A stretch of DNA of 63,536 nt, counting the filler, from Choristocarpus tenellus KU-1152 (lineage: Eukaryota > Protista > Phaeophyceae): NCBI GenBank assembly GCA_964200185.2. It is 12 parts of 12 records of this genome, joined end to end, with 100 filler letters (N's around TTAATTAATTAA, not from the genome) between each part and the next. Parts side by side here need not be neighbours in the genome. Positions count along the whole stretch, not along the records: positions 22,156 to 25,919 come from CAXNAD020018070.1; positions 26,020 to 38,237 come from CAXNAD020001918.1; positions 38,338 to 41,566 come from CAXNAD020021394.1; 9 more parts are not named here. One strand, written 5' to 3'. The notes beneath the pieces were generated by a model. The model saw nothing but the letters and a program-made list of their open reading frames with translations, did not search any database and was not told the DNA's origin. The translations under genes and the position numbers were made by a program. This document shows, one piece after another, positions 25,854-38,440 of this stretch; the stretch's first letter is position 1; each line of letters starts with the position of its first letter.

Positions 25854-25919
25854 GAGTGAAAGTATCTTAGAGGGTACGAGTTTTGCCCTGTTTGTCCATT
25901 TGGGGCTTGGCTTCCTATG
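25854..25919 (+). mobile_element. MITE family B left end (contig break)
   Basis: Near-identical to 25365-25430. Confidence 0.88.
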
Positions 25920-26360
25920 NNNNNNNNNNNNNNNNNNNNNNNNNNNNNNNNNNNNNNNNNNNNTTAATTAATTAANNNNNNNNNNNNNNNNNNNNNNNNN
26001 NNNNNNNNNNNNNNNNNNNGGTATACCTTCTGTGGAATGTGGCTCTCACAGGAGCAATATATACTACTAGTAATATAAGAATAACTAGGGAAACGAACCG
26101 TTATTCTATTTTTGAGAGAGTGCTTTAGATTTGGTCTACTTGTCCAAGCCATCAACAAAAATAAAAGGCGAGGAAGATTTTCAAGCGAACTGAGCTCTCG
26201 CTATGGTCCTCATTCATGAGCAAGAGCACGTTGAATCAATCGAGAAAACGAAAACGGTAAATGTTTCCGAGTTGGTGGTGGGGACGGAATGACGAAGAGA
26301 ATGCCAGGCGTCAAGGACGCCATCTTCGCCTAACTCTCAATTACATTGATATCTTCGCAG

Positions 26361-26436
26361 TAGAACTTAGTAAACACCTGAGCAACCGAGAAGGTAGGGT
26401 ACTTTCTCGGTTGCTCAGGGATTTACTAAAGTTCTA
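26361..26436. other. Near-perfect ~36-bp stem hairpin
   Basis: TAGAACTTAGTAAACACCTGAGCAACCGAGAAGGTA-GGG-TACTTTCTCGGTTGCTCAGGGATTTACTAAAGTTCTA. Confidence 0.85.
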
Positions 26437-28021
26437 ACATGCAGAGAGGACATGTTGGAATGGCGTCATTTTTAGGAAATAGGGAGGGTTAAGGTTGAGT
26501 GAATATTCCTGCTAGTCGACAACGAGCAGAAAGAAGGGCATGCAGTTCTTGGTGTCAAGAGAGCCATTCATCGTTGGACAGCTGCATGGTTTGGAATATA
26601 AAAAATATTATCATGACATAAAAAGCAACAGAGGGACACGCAATGAAGTACCTGGTGTGCGAATAGCTCGCATGTATTTCGTGGTTTTTTTAGTCTTGAT
26701 ACATCCTCGCAAGCTTTCAAAATATGCTCACGAGATTCTTCATCCTCACTACCAGGGGGCAGGGGGAAGGGGGCAGGGGGGGACAAGGTTGCATGTGCTT
26801 GGGTATATTTATCCTTCACAACGAAACGAGGAAAGGCAAGGGTCTTGAGCAAAACCCAAGAACTTAACGAGTGCGATAATGCAAGACGCAATCATTTCTG
26901 CACAAAGCATTGCAAAATGTCCAGTGCACGAAGAATTTCTCTCCAGCAAAAATGGAGCTTAACACACACAGCTTTATGCTGGTCTCTACATGGACTCACA
27001 TTGATGCACCTAGCTTGCAGGCCAGTGATGATATGTATTGCATCGACTCCTGTAGGTGATAACAGCGACAATGCATAGTTGGATTCCAGCTGGAGTGATA
27101 CAAACACGAACAATACGCAGGCAACCACTCAATATATATATATTCCAGAAATATGTTAAATTATTAAATGTCCCCTTCAAAATGGGACAGACTTATAGTG
27201 GGGAAGCAACACACCAACCCAGCGAACCAGCCACTCAGGGACATCGAAACTCTGTGAGTTATCCCAATTTGGTGGGCAATAAAAGGTTATCCCAATTCGC
27301 TGCCGCCCCCTGTTTCCGGTCCTAGGCTGATTTTCAGTGTTGTAAACCGCGACAGTTTCACTGATTTTACCTAAATTAATTGTGAACTTGAGATCATAAC
27401 TGAAAAGTTCGGTTATTGGTATATTTGGTTATTTTTTTCCTCGGATACGCAGAAGTGACACAACCTCCAGCTCCTCCACTCTACATTATTTAGTCGTTTT
27501 CGTTTTTGGTATCTGAGCTCGTGGCCCTTGTATGGATGACGCACACAATTCCATGTGGGACATGGACCAGCCATCCCTAGATTTGTTCTCATTTAAAAAG
27601 TCCCTCGTATGCATGTACTTTGTTAATTTCCTCCAAGAGACATCTCAAGAATATACTAGGATCACATAACTACGAAGTACTAAGTAGTTCAATAATGTTT
27701 CAAAGAATTCTAATAGAAGAGGAGTAGTCAAATCACGATGAATCCATCTTCACTCTTCGTAGACAACCCCTCAGCTGTAGACTGTCCAGCCTTCCCAAGG
27801 CAAGACATTAATGAGCAACATAAAATTAATCATGTCTCAGATACTACCAGGTTTCGTGCCTCTGGCGATGAAGAAAGAGAAAAGTTCAACTCGAATTTCA
27901 AGCCTCCAAAAAAGCCCCATTCCAGCTGGGGGGGGTTGTCCTACCTTGTGACGCTACTCACAACATGATGAACAGCGAGCGTTTCACAACGACACAGTAT
28001 AATCGAGGTAATCAATAATTT

Positions 28022-28252
28022 TCTTGCCCTGTTTGTCCATTTGGGGCTTGGCTTCCCTCGGGGTTTTTATAACATTTTCCCACTCCAAAATAATTTCGGA
28101 GTAGGTAAAATGTAAACGTTATGAAAAGGTGTGTCCGGAAAAGGATATTGATACTTCCTTACAAACACGACAGCCAAAATTACAACGAAATTGCAACATT
28201 GAATTTTGACCCCCAATTGGACGCGGCTCTACCCTCTTAGATACTTTGGCTC
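28022..28252 (+). mobile_element. MITE family B copy lacking the left TIR
   Basis: TTGCCCTGTTTGTCCATTTGGGGCTTGGC...ACCCTCTTAGATACTTTGGCTC. Confidence 0.85.
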
Positions 28253-28897
28253 TTGCACTCCAAGCCATCCTTCTTGCCCTATACAATACATGCCACATAT
28301 GTACAATATTGTACCCAAAAATTATCTTCCCCCTTTATTGACACCACAATTCAGACAAGTCTCATCTTGTAATCGTATAATATGGCATATATTTACCCCT
28401 TTCTCCAGATAATTGAAATGCAACTCTGCCTACCCCTCAGTTAGTTTGACTCGATGGAATCTTATCTAGGACACCCTCCTTGGCACTGGTGGAGGTTGTA
28501 TGTTTGTAACTGATGGGAAAAGGGGACTGGAATCAGTTCTTCTTTGATACGGGACTGTACGTAGGTGGAGTCGATGACAACTCAGGTAATGATATCTGAT
28601 TGGAATGGTCGTTTTCTCTCTTGATATTGCAATTTAATTCTTCCTTTACACACAATATAGCGGAGTATTTGTAAATATATCCTACGTGATATAATTCTTG
28701 TCCTTGCATCCATTTATACTTTTCTACCTTTCAATAGACCCTCATGAAGTATACTATTCATTCTTCTTTGCAATTCTGGTCTCCCTATATGTTGCCTTTC
28801 TGGGCACAGACCCGAACATCATCGCACGCATCAAATCCCCAACGTGTACCAATTAATCAAATTATTCAATTATAGTCGTTTTCCAATTTGGTTGTGG

Positions 28898-30142
28898 CTA
28901 CAAGCAATCAGATTCAGAAGTAGATAGGAAGGGACGGTTTTCCAACATGACGGAGGCCAGTTCGACACTTCCCTGTGCAAGCATCCCTAACTTCTTCCTA
29001 CTGGACTTACACAGAAGAGCGAAGGGAGGTTGTTTGATAGATTGGTAAATTTGGAAATCATTTACATGCAGCCCTAGAACTCCATATTCCTGCAAAAGTC
29101 CAAATTTAGGTTGACCGTGGTGATCGAGTCAACTAGCATTTAGGATGTCAATAGGCAGAGAAGGGGTCAATCAGCCATGATTTGTTATCCAATGAACACC
29201 ACATATGTCATCTTACCTTCAAGTAGCGTTGCTTGTCGCCTTTTACTTCTTCATCGTACTGTTTCTTTTCCTCGATAGTGGCCTGTTTCCATGCCCTTCC
29301 CAGTGCCTTATTTATTTCGTTGTTGTCCTGTAATGGTGAAGAGAACAGGCTAAAATCGTGTTCTATGCAGTTCCGATATCAGTCTATGTTTGAATACACA
29401 GGAAGACTAAGCTCCACGGGCATACCTTGACTTCAGGGTGTAACCTGACAAATTCTTTCCTCTTTGCCTTGGCAAAAACGTTGAACGCAGTAATGGCCTT
29501 CTTGGGCTGCTTAAATTTACGGGAATTGCCGCTTCCACCCCTCAGTGTCGACCTCAAACCACTCTTGGAATTTTGATCTTTCTTGTGCAGCTTGTATGCA
29601 CGGGACCTACCACTTCCACCCCCTGGTGCCGACTTCAAACCACGTTTGCAATTTGGATATTTCTTGTACCCCTCGCATGTATGGGATCTGTCTCTTCCAC
29701 CCGTTAGTGCCCACTTTGCACAGGATGAAGAGGGCTCAAGGTGGTCACCACCGAGGATCATGAAGTCATCTCTTAGAATGGTCTCCTCAACTCTCAGAAC
29801 GTATTCCTTTGTGACTCCATCAGTGTACCTTTCATGAATATTCACCTGTCAAAAGCGGAGATTGGTATTACTACGGAGAAAAAAAAGCAGTACACTTGTC
29901 ATTCAGCAGTTGATTGGTCCAGTGAACAAAATTGTCCGTACTATGTAGTAAAATTATATAATTACCAGGAACTGAGGCCTGGAAACACACTGATACCACT
30001 GGGTTGAAGGCAATGCATACCGTTCAAAGGGGAAATGCGTACCTGCTCGGAAGATACTGAGACCACCGTTACATGAGCAGAAGCATCATCTTGCAGTTTC
30101 TGAAGAAGTGAAGAGACAGTTGCAGTTCCTTCTGCACATTCC
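28898..30142 (-). CDS. HMG-box domain protein, 3' four exons (5' exons not resolved)
   Basis: Phase-consistent exons 30142-30043, 29845-29426, 29327-29217, 29089-28898. HMG box: QPKKAITAFNVFAKAKRKEFVRLHPEVK-DNNEINKALGRAWKQATIEEKKQYDEEVKGDKQRYLKE. Confidence 0.88.
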
Positions 30143-32444
30143 CTGAGAAAAAAAAATATGGGTACTGTTGAGAAAAAATAACTGAGCACCAGATGGTGCA
30201 AAATGCAGTCCACGTAGCCAGCTAACCTTAGAGCTTCCAAGTCAAGGAGAACAAGAGCATGAAACTAGAGGACTTCGCATACCCTAAAGAAACATAATGA
30301 CTGGCAATACTCTGGTTGTGTGAAACTCGTTCATGCCCCAAATTGGCGAAGACCTATTTGTATGGACGCCAGAGTTTGATAAATTAAGCCAAAGTAAACG
30401 ATAGGTACCCAGGTTTTGGTCGTTTTGCATTTTAAGCTATTTTTTAAATCTTCGCAATTCACCTATACTTCTACGGATGAAGTTCTAAGTTTGACTCGAG
30501 AACGATGTTCCTCTATTGTTTGAAAAAAATCGGTAAAATCAAGACAATGTACGAGTTTGCACATACCTTCCAGCATCGTTATAATGCAACTCTGGGTACC
30601 TCTTGTTTACTTTGTCTCACTAGTGTCCTAAGCTGGACTTGGGGAGAAGAGCGTGGATCCTTCTGTTGGGCACTTTGTCCCATTGCAAATGTAGAAGGAA
30701 ATGACAAACAGGATGAGATGTTCGTTCAAATGATCCTGTCAGGTCTTTTTGACACATGTCAATCTTGTTTTATTACAGGTCCTGACTGAGGACATCATAC
30801 ACCACAGTTTTGGGTCTGGTCCAATCCTAAGCCCACATTCGGAGACGACAGGTTTAGTCTGAGGTGAGTTCTTGATCAGAAACAAAGTCAGATCCGAGTC
30901 CTGTCCACAGCAACAACTAACTTTGGTCTTGTGGGATTACAAGTAACCCAAGTCCCCCACCTCCTCACCCTGTCATATACTGCTGTACCAATACAATGTG
31001 GATCATTTGGGAACAATATTGGAAGTCCCCTCTCACACACCACCAATTCCATGGTTGCCCAGGTCTTACATATTCTACAGTCCTCCAGAGTAAGAACGGT
31101 AGGCTGTCTATCCCACAGCACTGAGTCAAGGGTCAGATGTCACAGAAACAGGTACAATCGCAGGTACTCAGGCCCGCACTTAAGATTCATAAAGAGAAAT
31201 CCCCGTGAAAGGCCTAACTATTTTCTGCGCAATGCGAGATTATTGATTCCAGCTTGCATCGAGTAGTCAGGGAGCTCCGTATTGGTTCAGCTTCTTCATC
31301 AATTAGCACCCAATTGCCAGATGGAAAATCAGAACATGAGGGAATACTGCTCAACTGCCAGTTCAGACCACCCCTGAAGACTAAACTGGCGAATTTGATG
31401 GGCCACAAACTGGTCACTAATGAGATTCTGCATTCCTAAATCACAACAAGCAATATCAAGTTGAGTCATAAACAGATTGACAACAAGGCTTCTACCTTCG
31501 CCACTAGGTCGCTTCAAGTTGAAGGACAGTTTGATTGGACAGTGCAAACATATATCAACAACTTTATCAGCAAATGGCCAAAGGCACAGAGATATTTAAG
31601 GCCAAACCTCCTTGGCACTGGTGCTGGTGTCAGTTGTCTGTCATGGTCTTAGTGACGTTTTTTTTATATAATTTATATTTATTTTTTATTGTATTTCTGG
31701 TGAACATCTTTTCAACACACGGAGGTACGGCATTGAACTTTGGGCCTTGGTATTGGTAGCGGTGCATCCTGCATCGAAATATTCGATGCGTCTCGTTAGA
31801 CTTTCGTTTCCTGCTGTGCGAGAGTTTTCCTCAAAAATACCTTTTCCAGTATATTGTCTCTGCATTTCTTTGCACTCCTGCACTTGCTGCAATCTCTCAT
31901 TTCGTCACATCTATTCTTTACTTATATTTTCCTCTCGCTTTATATTTCCTCTTCATTGGGTCCAAGTATGCTACATTTTTTATGTTTCTCCATAATCCCA
32001 ACATGCTATTCGCAAATTGTTTGACCATCCTTGCACCATGCACCGAACTAGTGTGTATTTATCAGACCCAGATTGGAGGGGTGTTTTTGTACACACAAGG
32101 GGATTATAAATGTATGTATATGTATGTATGCCGTTAGTGCTGAAATTTTCCACCTTTCTCGGGCTTGATTGATGAAAGAATGACTGAATCCCCCGTCATT
32201 AGTCCAGCCAAAGCACATGTGATCAGTCTACTGAAGGGAGAGTTCTTGCAGCAGTAGACCGACTGTTTTTACGCTATTGTCTATACTCTCAAACCTGACC
32301 ATAGGATGTGGTTTTTTGGATTGGATGGACAAGGCATGACCTTGAATTTGGTTTTCTCCACTTTTCTCATAGGACCTGGCGATGGGTGACGATACCAACG
32401 ATGTCCAATACAGAGTATTGGCGGCTAGTGTACTACATCCTAAA

Positions 32445-32601
32445 GAGTCAGAGTATCTTAGAGGGTAGATAGAGCCACGTCCATTTTGGGGCCAAAATCC
32501 AAGGTTGCAATTTTGATTAATTTTTGGCTATCATGTTTTTTACGAGATGCCAGTATCCTTGGTCCAGGCACACCTTTTCGTAACGTACACACTTTGCCCA
32601 C
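32445..32601 (-). mobile_element. MITE family B, partial
   Basis: GAGTCAGAGTATCTTAGAGGGTAG...GTCCATTTTGGGG, matching the reverse complement of the right half of family B. Confidence 0.8.
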
Positions 32602-33223
32602 TGATCTGGTAAATGAAGAATACAGAGTAGAGGTCAGGAAATGTTGAAGTGAAGCGTACTTCATGCGGAATTAAACTTTACTCAGCATGGTTGTGCTTAA
32701 TTGGGCACCTAAGGAGATATGAAGGGTATGATGTATGCGTATGTGCTCGAAACCCTTTACAGAGGCCGAAGATGTTACGCATTAGGTGCACAAGAAAACC
32801 AATGTCAAGCTCTAATTGCAAGATGGACCTCATCCTCGGTGAAATCCAGAATAAGCTACGGGAAACAGGAACTTCCATGAGCTCCAAGGATTTCGTCAAG
32901 TTCATCAATTACAACAAGAAGACCCTTGAGATCATCAAGGATAAGTCTCCCAATAAGAATCTTTTGTCTATTGTTGTCTAGCAAACTCTCTTTTGCAGTG
33001 TATTCATCAGGTTGGAGCGTCTCCTCTGCGTATGTATATCATGCATGACCATGGTACATCCAAGAATTGCACTAAATATTTATGTATAATCCATGTGTCA
33101 TCGATACCATCTTACCAGCTCCATTATTTTTCTGCTGGTCGGCTGCAGTAGACACAAACTTGTGAGCACATCAACTCTGTTGTCCTTTGGCTGGCTCTGA
33201 CAACAGATATTAAAGCAGATAAA

Positions 33224-33402
33224 GGCTCAAAGTATCTGGGGGAGGGTGGCGACTGCCCATTCGGGGGCCCATTTTTCTTGTCCAGATTTTTGGGTGTTTT
33301 GGTTGCACGAGTCGGATGGATAATGTAAGCGCACTTGTCCTGGTCAGGGCCCGAATGGACACCGTGGTGTAGACCCCTCCCCCCACCCAGATACTTTGGA
33401 CC
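33224..33402 (+). mobile_element. MITE family A, full length (~180 bp)
   Basis: TIRs GGCTCAAAGTATCTGGGG / CCCAGATACTTTGGACC. Confidence 0.88.
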
Positions 33403-36263
33403 AAATTGAATTGGGTGAACATCAATATTTGTTTTCGCACTATACAGGACCACCACAACAACTCGATATGGGTGACTGGGTAGCAGGTATCGGCTACTTC
33501 CCTACTTTAAGGAGTCGGTTCTGCTATACCCAGCCAGCAACTATACATACATATATTTATATATTGTACCTGACGCGTCCGAGTTCAACACTTGTTACAA
33601 CAATCAAACACTACAAACTAATATAAAGTATACAATAAACAAACTCAAACAATAAAAATCACACTACTAGTACATAGTACTAGAGCAACATCATCTACAA
33701 GGCCCTACAAATTTCCTCAAAACAAGAGTGGAATTGCATCCTATGTATAAACCTCCTTACGTAACATGTATGTGATATAGGTACATGGTTGGCACGCTTG
33801 CACCTTACAAGCAAGAACCGCTACCTAGAAGATGACACATTCTGACCACTGTTGAATCCTCAAGAATTCTGATTGATGCGGACATTTTCAATATCGACGA
33901 AACTGTGACCTGGACAAAGATGTTGTGAAGTACCTGTTTGATCCATTGTAACCATTGTGAGTAACAAAAAAAATTATGAAATTTAATCATGTGCAAATCT
34001 CAGGCTGTTAGGTACAGCTTCTATTTCTACTTATATAATCTCGGAATATTTGAGCTCTATAACATGATGTCTCCAGCAGTGGATGGTCTTGGGTAGCGCA
34101 CAACAGTATTATAGCACACATGCCATATTCTGTGGTCTATGCAAGGATGCAGTCAGAGCACGAAAGGACTTATTGATGAGCAAAATCTGGTAGTTAATGA
34201 GAAGTGGGTCTGAGGTGTGACCTAAAACCTAACTATAATGTATGTATATTTGTTATCCACAACTGTATGAAATGCACCCATGAACTTTGCGTTGAAGCAT
34301 GACGATTTGCTCAGAATATTTATATGGTTAATACTGCTGAAGGTTGAGAGCAACGTCGAAACGTTGTGCTTCCAGGTGCCATGTCCAAAACTCTTTAGCA
34401 AATGCGATGTTAGTTGTAGGAGACATTGAGATATGTCTCAAATAATTTTCAACTCGAGGAGAAATTAAACCCCGCCGCCACCTTGAAGACTAGAAGAAAC
34501 TATGGGTTACTTTGCAAAATGATAAACCAACAAGGACAAGAAAAAAATACACTAACAGGACGTTGGTATTGGATGTGGCGGAGGATAGAGAGTTCTTGGC
34601 CAGTATCCACAAACCGTGAGAGTGTGCACTTCCTGCCCCTACCTTGCTTGAGTAGGGTGCAGGGGTTCCAAGAGAACCACCGAGGACAACTTCTATCTGC
34701 TATCTGATTCTCAAAGAGTCGCAGTCTCACAAGAGGACCCTACAGGCCAAGTCACATCCCGCGGTCAGGGCCCTGGTTGTCATCCATCCACTGAATTACT
34801 AAAGTTAGAAAATAAATGAAAATTCGACCACCTTGTGTACTTGTGACTAGTGGTGTTCTTCCTATAAAAAAAGACAGTGAAACCCAAAGCACTACCTACA
34901 AAATTTTCATATTGAAACCTTTACTGAGTAGAAATGTACTTCACTAAATTGAGTGTAGTCGTTTTGAAAACACAAGCGCAATTTTTGTCACATATATGGG
35001 ACCTACCTAGTAGGCTGTGTAATCCACAAAAAGCATTTTAATAGAGTTCGGTTTGGTCGGTGGTACAGTATGAATTAAGAATTAAAATGTTGGCGGTATA
35101 TGTGGGAATTTTTGTACCGTTCAGGTTAAATTCATAGCGATTTACCACTCCACTGACCTACAATTCTTACTCAGTGGGATCCTAGAATTTTCGGATTAGT
35201 CAGCTGCCAAACGACTTGTATGCTTCAATTTAGTACTTCATACACAAACTACCTCAAACAACGGAAAGTAGTACTTTGAAGTATTAGAACACCAAGAAGT
35301 TAAGAGTGAGTTTTTCTAGGGAAGCAAATGGGGTTGAGTCCTCTATGAATCCCTTTGTATTGTGTAAGTGACATATGCGAGGCTGGCAAGGTGTTGGCAG
35401 AACTGATCCTATGTACAATACATGGCGCTACATTATTACGAGTAGCCCCATGTCATCTTTCCCAATTTATTTTTTTTACTTCAGTTTTGAATGATTTAGA
35501 CTATTTGCCGCCATAGAGGTTTGCTCACTAAAGAACCTGAGAGATATAGACTAAAAAATGGTGGATTCTTACGAAATGGATATCGCGCATATCCCTGAAA
35601 CCTGAAGCTTTGTGCTTGCATACATAAAGATCAACAATTCTTGGTATCCTTCACCATACTAAAACTCTATCATAAGAACTAAATATTTATTCATAGGTCT
35701 CATGGATACTTACATAGAACTAAGATAGGTCCCCCTTCCTGAAAGGTGCTTGGACAGTGGAACTGTGTTCCCTCCTAATATTCCACCACATCAATTAACT
35801 AGATGTGATGCCACTATTTCTGCCTTTTCCTACTTTAGAGCAAATCTTAAAGGACCTGACACTACATTGTACAACTATACCTGAAGCCTTTCTTTACAAG
35901 TTGCAGTGTTCTACTCTTTATGACCTCTTACAGACACAACACGGTCTGCTCTTGGAATCATCCCTAGGACGGACGACCAAAACTCCTTGCCCCACTCATA
36001 CGCCCCAATCGCAAAAAAGTTGATCAGACAACGAATCCCGTCCACGAGAAATCATGGAAGATCCTCAATTGATAAGAAATGACGTCTTTATCACCGACAT
36101 CCATCTGTATGCAAAGTCCCACCCTTGCAGGGAATTTAGCGCTCTTTGGTGGAAGGTAAAGTGAGCACTCTCAATGCTACCATTGTTGTACCTGATTTTA
36201 CCAATATACCTGCCTTACTTGACTAGGGAGATGGGGCTCCCATAGGACTGTCAAAGAAGACTC

Positions 36264-36706
36264 GACCCGAAGTATTTATGAGGGTAGGAGTTTTGTCTAT
36301 TTGTCCGTTTGGGGTTTGGCTTGCCCACGAGTTTTTTATGCCCTTTTTCGGTTTTCTGGCTCAAAGTATCTGGAGGGGGGTGGCCGCTGTCCATTTGGGG
36401 TCATTTTTTTCATATCGCGATTTTTTCGGTGATTTGGTTGCATACGTCGGATGGACAATGTAAATGCACTTTTCCTGATTTGGGTCTAACAGACACCCTG
36501 GTGTAGCCTCCTCCCCCCCCCCCAGATACTTTGGGTCTTCTACGTGAACATAGTTACCTAAAATGTATACGACTGCGGAAATGTGTGTCCGGAGCAAGTA
36601 TATTGACACTTGCTAACGAGTACGATAAACAAAATTCATCAAAAATGCAACATTGGATTTATGATGCCGAACGGACGCTGCCCTACCCTCTCAAATGCTT
36701 TGATTC
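36264..36706 (+). mobile_element. Old MITE family B copy with nested family A insertion
   Basis: Degenerate B TIRs GACCCGAAGTATTTATGAGGGTA / TACCCTCTCAAATGCTTTGATTC. Confidence 0.75.
36358..36537 (+). mobile_element. MITE family A, full length, 4-bp TSD TTCT
   Basis: TTCT-GGCTCAAAGTATCTGG...CCAGATACTTTGGGTC-TTCT. Confidence 0.92.
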
Positions 36707-38337
36707 GCTTGCATCTGATCCTTACCCAACCAGGGTGAAAGGGGCATACAGAGCCTCCACATAAGCTTTCTAGTTGGTCTTATAGAGTAGAAATCTCACT
36801 GAACAACCCTTTCATGACCAATGATATTTCACACGACAATCCTACACAACCATTGTCCAGGAACACGATCTTCATCCATCCAACAGATAATTAAAGTTAG
36901 AAAACAATGGGAAATTCAACCACCTTGAGAGCAGTTGTCAGCAGTGATGTGTTCGCATCTTACTTATTCTGGAATACAATGCAACCCAATGCATTACTAA
37001 TCCACTTTCACATTCAACATTTTATTCAGCAAGAAATCTAGCTGATAAAGTTTTGAGTGGCAAGCTTTTCACAACGCAAGCGGTGTTTTAGTCACCAGCT
37101 CAGGGCTCAGTAGTTTGTGTAATACACAACATGACGCAGTTTCACCCACCCCCACACCACATTCTGGCGGCTAGCAAAGTGGTATGGCAACAAAATGCAC
37201 GAGTCTGTCATCAGCCGTGCCTGTCATCAAGTGGAAGAAATTAAGACTATATACCATCCAGAACAACTGTGATGATATGTGCACTCGATCGAATGATATC
37301 CTCCCGCAGGACAATTCAGAGTGAGTAGGGGGTGGTCACCGTCAAGTTCCTCGTGAAGAGTAAGTCCTGTTAGACATTTCAATATTAGCAACCCATCAAC
37401 GACAAATTTTCTAGTGCGAGTCGAAAGGAGAGACCTCCCATACGATATTTGCATGGGACCAATATCATTAAGAGGAACATGCTAGCGCATGTTCGCACCT
37501 ATGTCTACAATAAACACACTTTATCCCTCCATTACGTATGCAGCACTTTTTGTATTATGTGCATACATCTACACCCATGATAATTACACCTCTCAAAACA
37601 CACTTTCGAGATTTGTTTCTGAACATGACTATTTGCCACACTTCACAAAAACAACAGTGTTATACAGTACAACAGTCGGATATCATCCGAGAGAGGTTTA
37701 TGTATGCATATGCTCACTAAAAGGAGTCAAAATACACTGGAGGTACCCAGGGTTGCATTTTATTGACGCTGACAAAAAAATGTACTTTTTTTTACGCCAT
37801 TTGATTTTGGAACTTCATTCTGTCGAAATTTTTCTAATTAGAAATCTACACTATCGAGTCAATCTTAGCACTTCATCCATAGAAGTAGTGGATTAAAATG
37901 CAAAATAGTCAAAACCTGAGTAACTGTTGTTTACTTTGGGTCAAACGTGTTCTGGATGAACAAGATATTACATTATCTAAAAAAACATTCAGAACAACCG
38001 AGATGACAGGTACACTCGCTAAAATGATACCCTTTTACAGGATGAAGAAGAGCAGGGGGGTGATCATCATTGGGTTCCTTGTGATGAGTAGACTGTATTG
38101 TACATTTTATATTTAAATGTCAGTAATCCGTCAAGCCCAACTCTAGCATGGGTCTAAACAGAGAGGTCTTCCTAGTTCCGTCCAATAATACTTAGACCAT
38201 GCCTTGTGATCGCACAATGTGTCAAAGTATCTGGGGGNNNNNNNNNNNNNNNNNNNNNNNNNNNNNNNNNNNNNNNNNNNNTTAATTAATTAANNNNNNN
38301 NNNNNNNNNNNNNNNNNNNNNNNNNNNNNNNNNNNNN

Positions 38338-38395
38338 GAAAATTTAAATGCACTTTTTCTGATTTTGGGCCAAAGGGACCCCCCGGTGTAGACAG

Positions 38396-38426
<31 letters not shown>

Positions 38427-38440
38427 AGATACTTTGGGTC
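38338..38440 (+). mobile_element. MITE family A right end (contig start)
   Basis: TAAATGCACTTTTT...poly-C-CAGATACTTTGGGTC. Other family A-like ends at 1-30, 11652-11694, 38221-38237, 44597-44640, 47198-47334 and 58483-58507. Confidence 0.85.

Larger units (their letters stand above)
34778..37090. repeat. Dispersed diverged repeat pair (about 34778-34995 and 36869-37090)
   Basis: Both start CATCCATCCA...TAAAGTTAGAAAA..ATG..AAATTC.ACCACCTTG and stay alignable for ~200 bp. Confidence 0.65.

Noticed and set aside
30596-31950. Candidate 5' exons of the HMG gene
   Set aside because: I could not build a phase-consistent chain to exon 30142.
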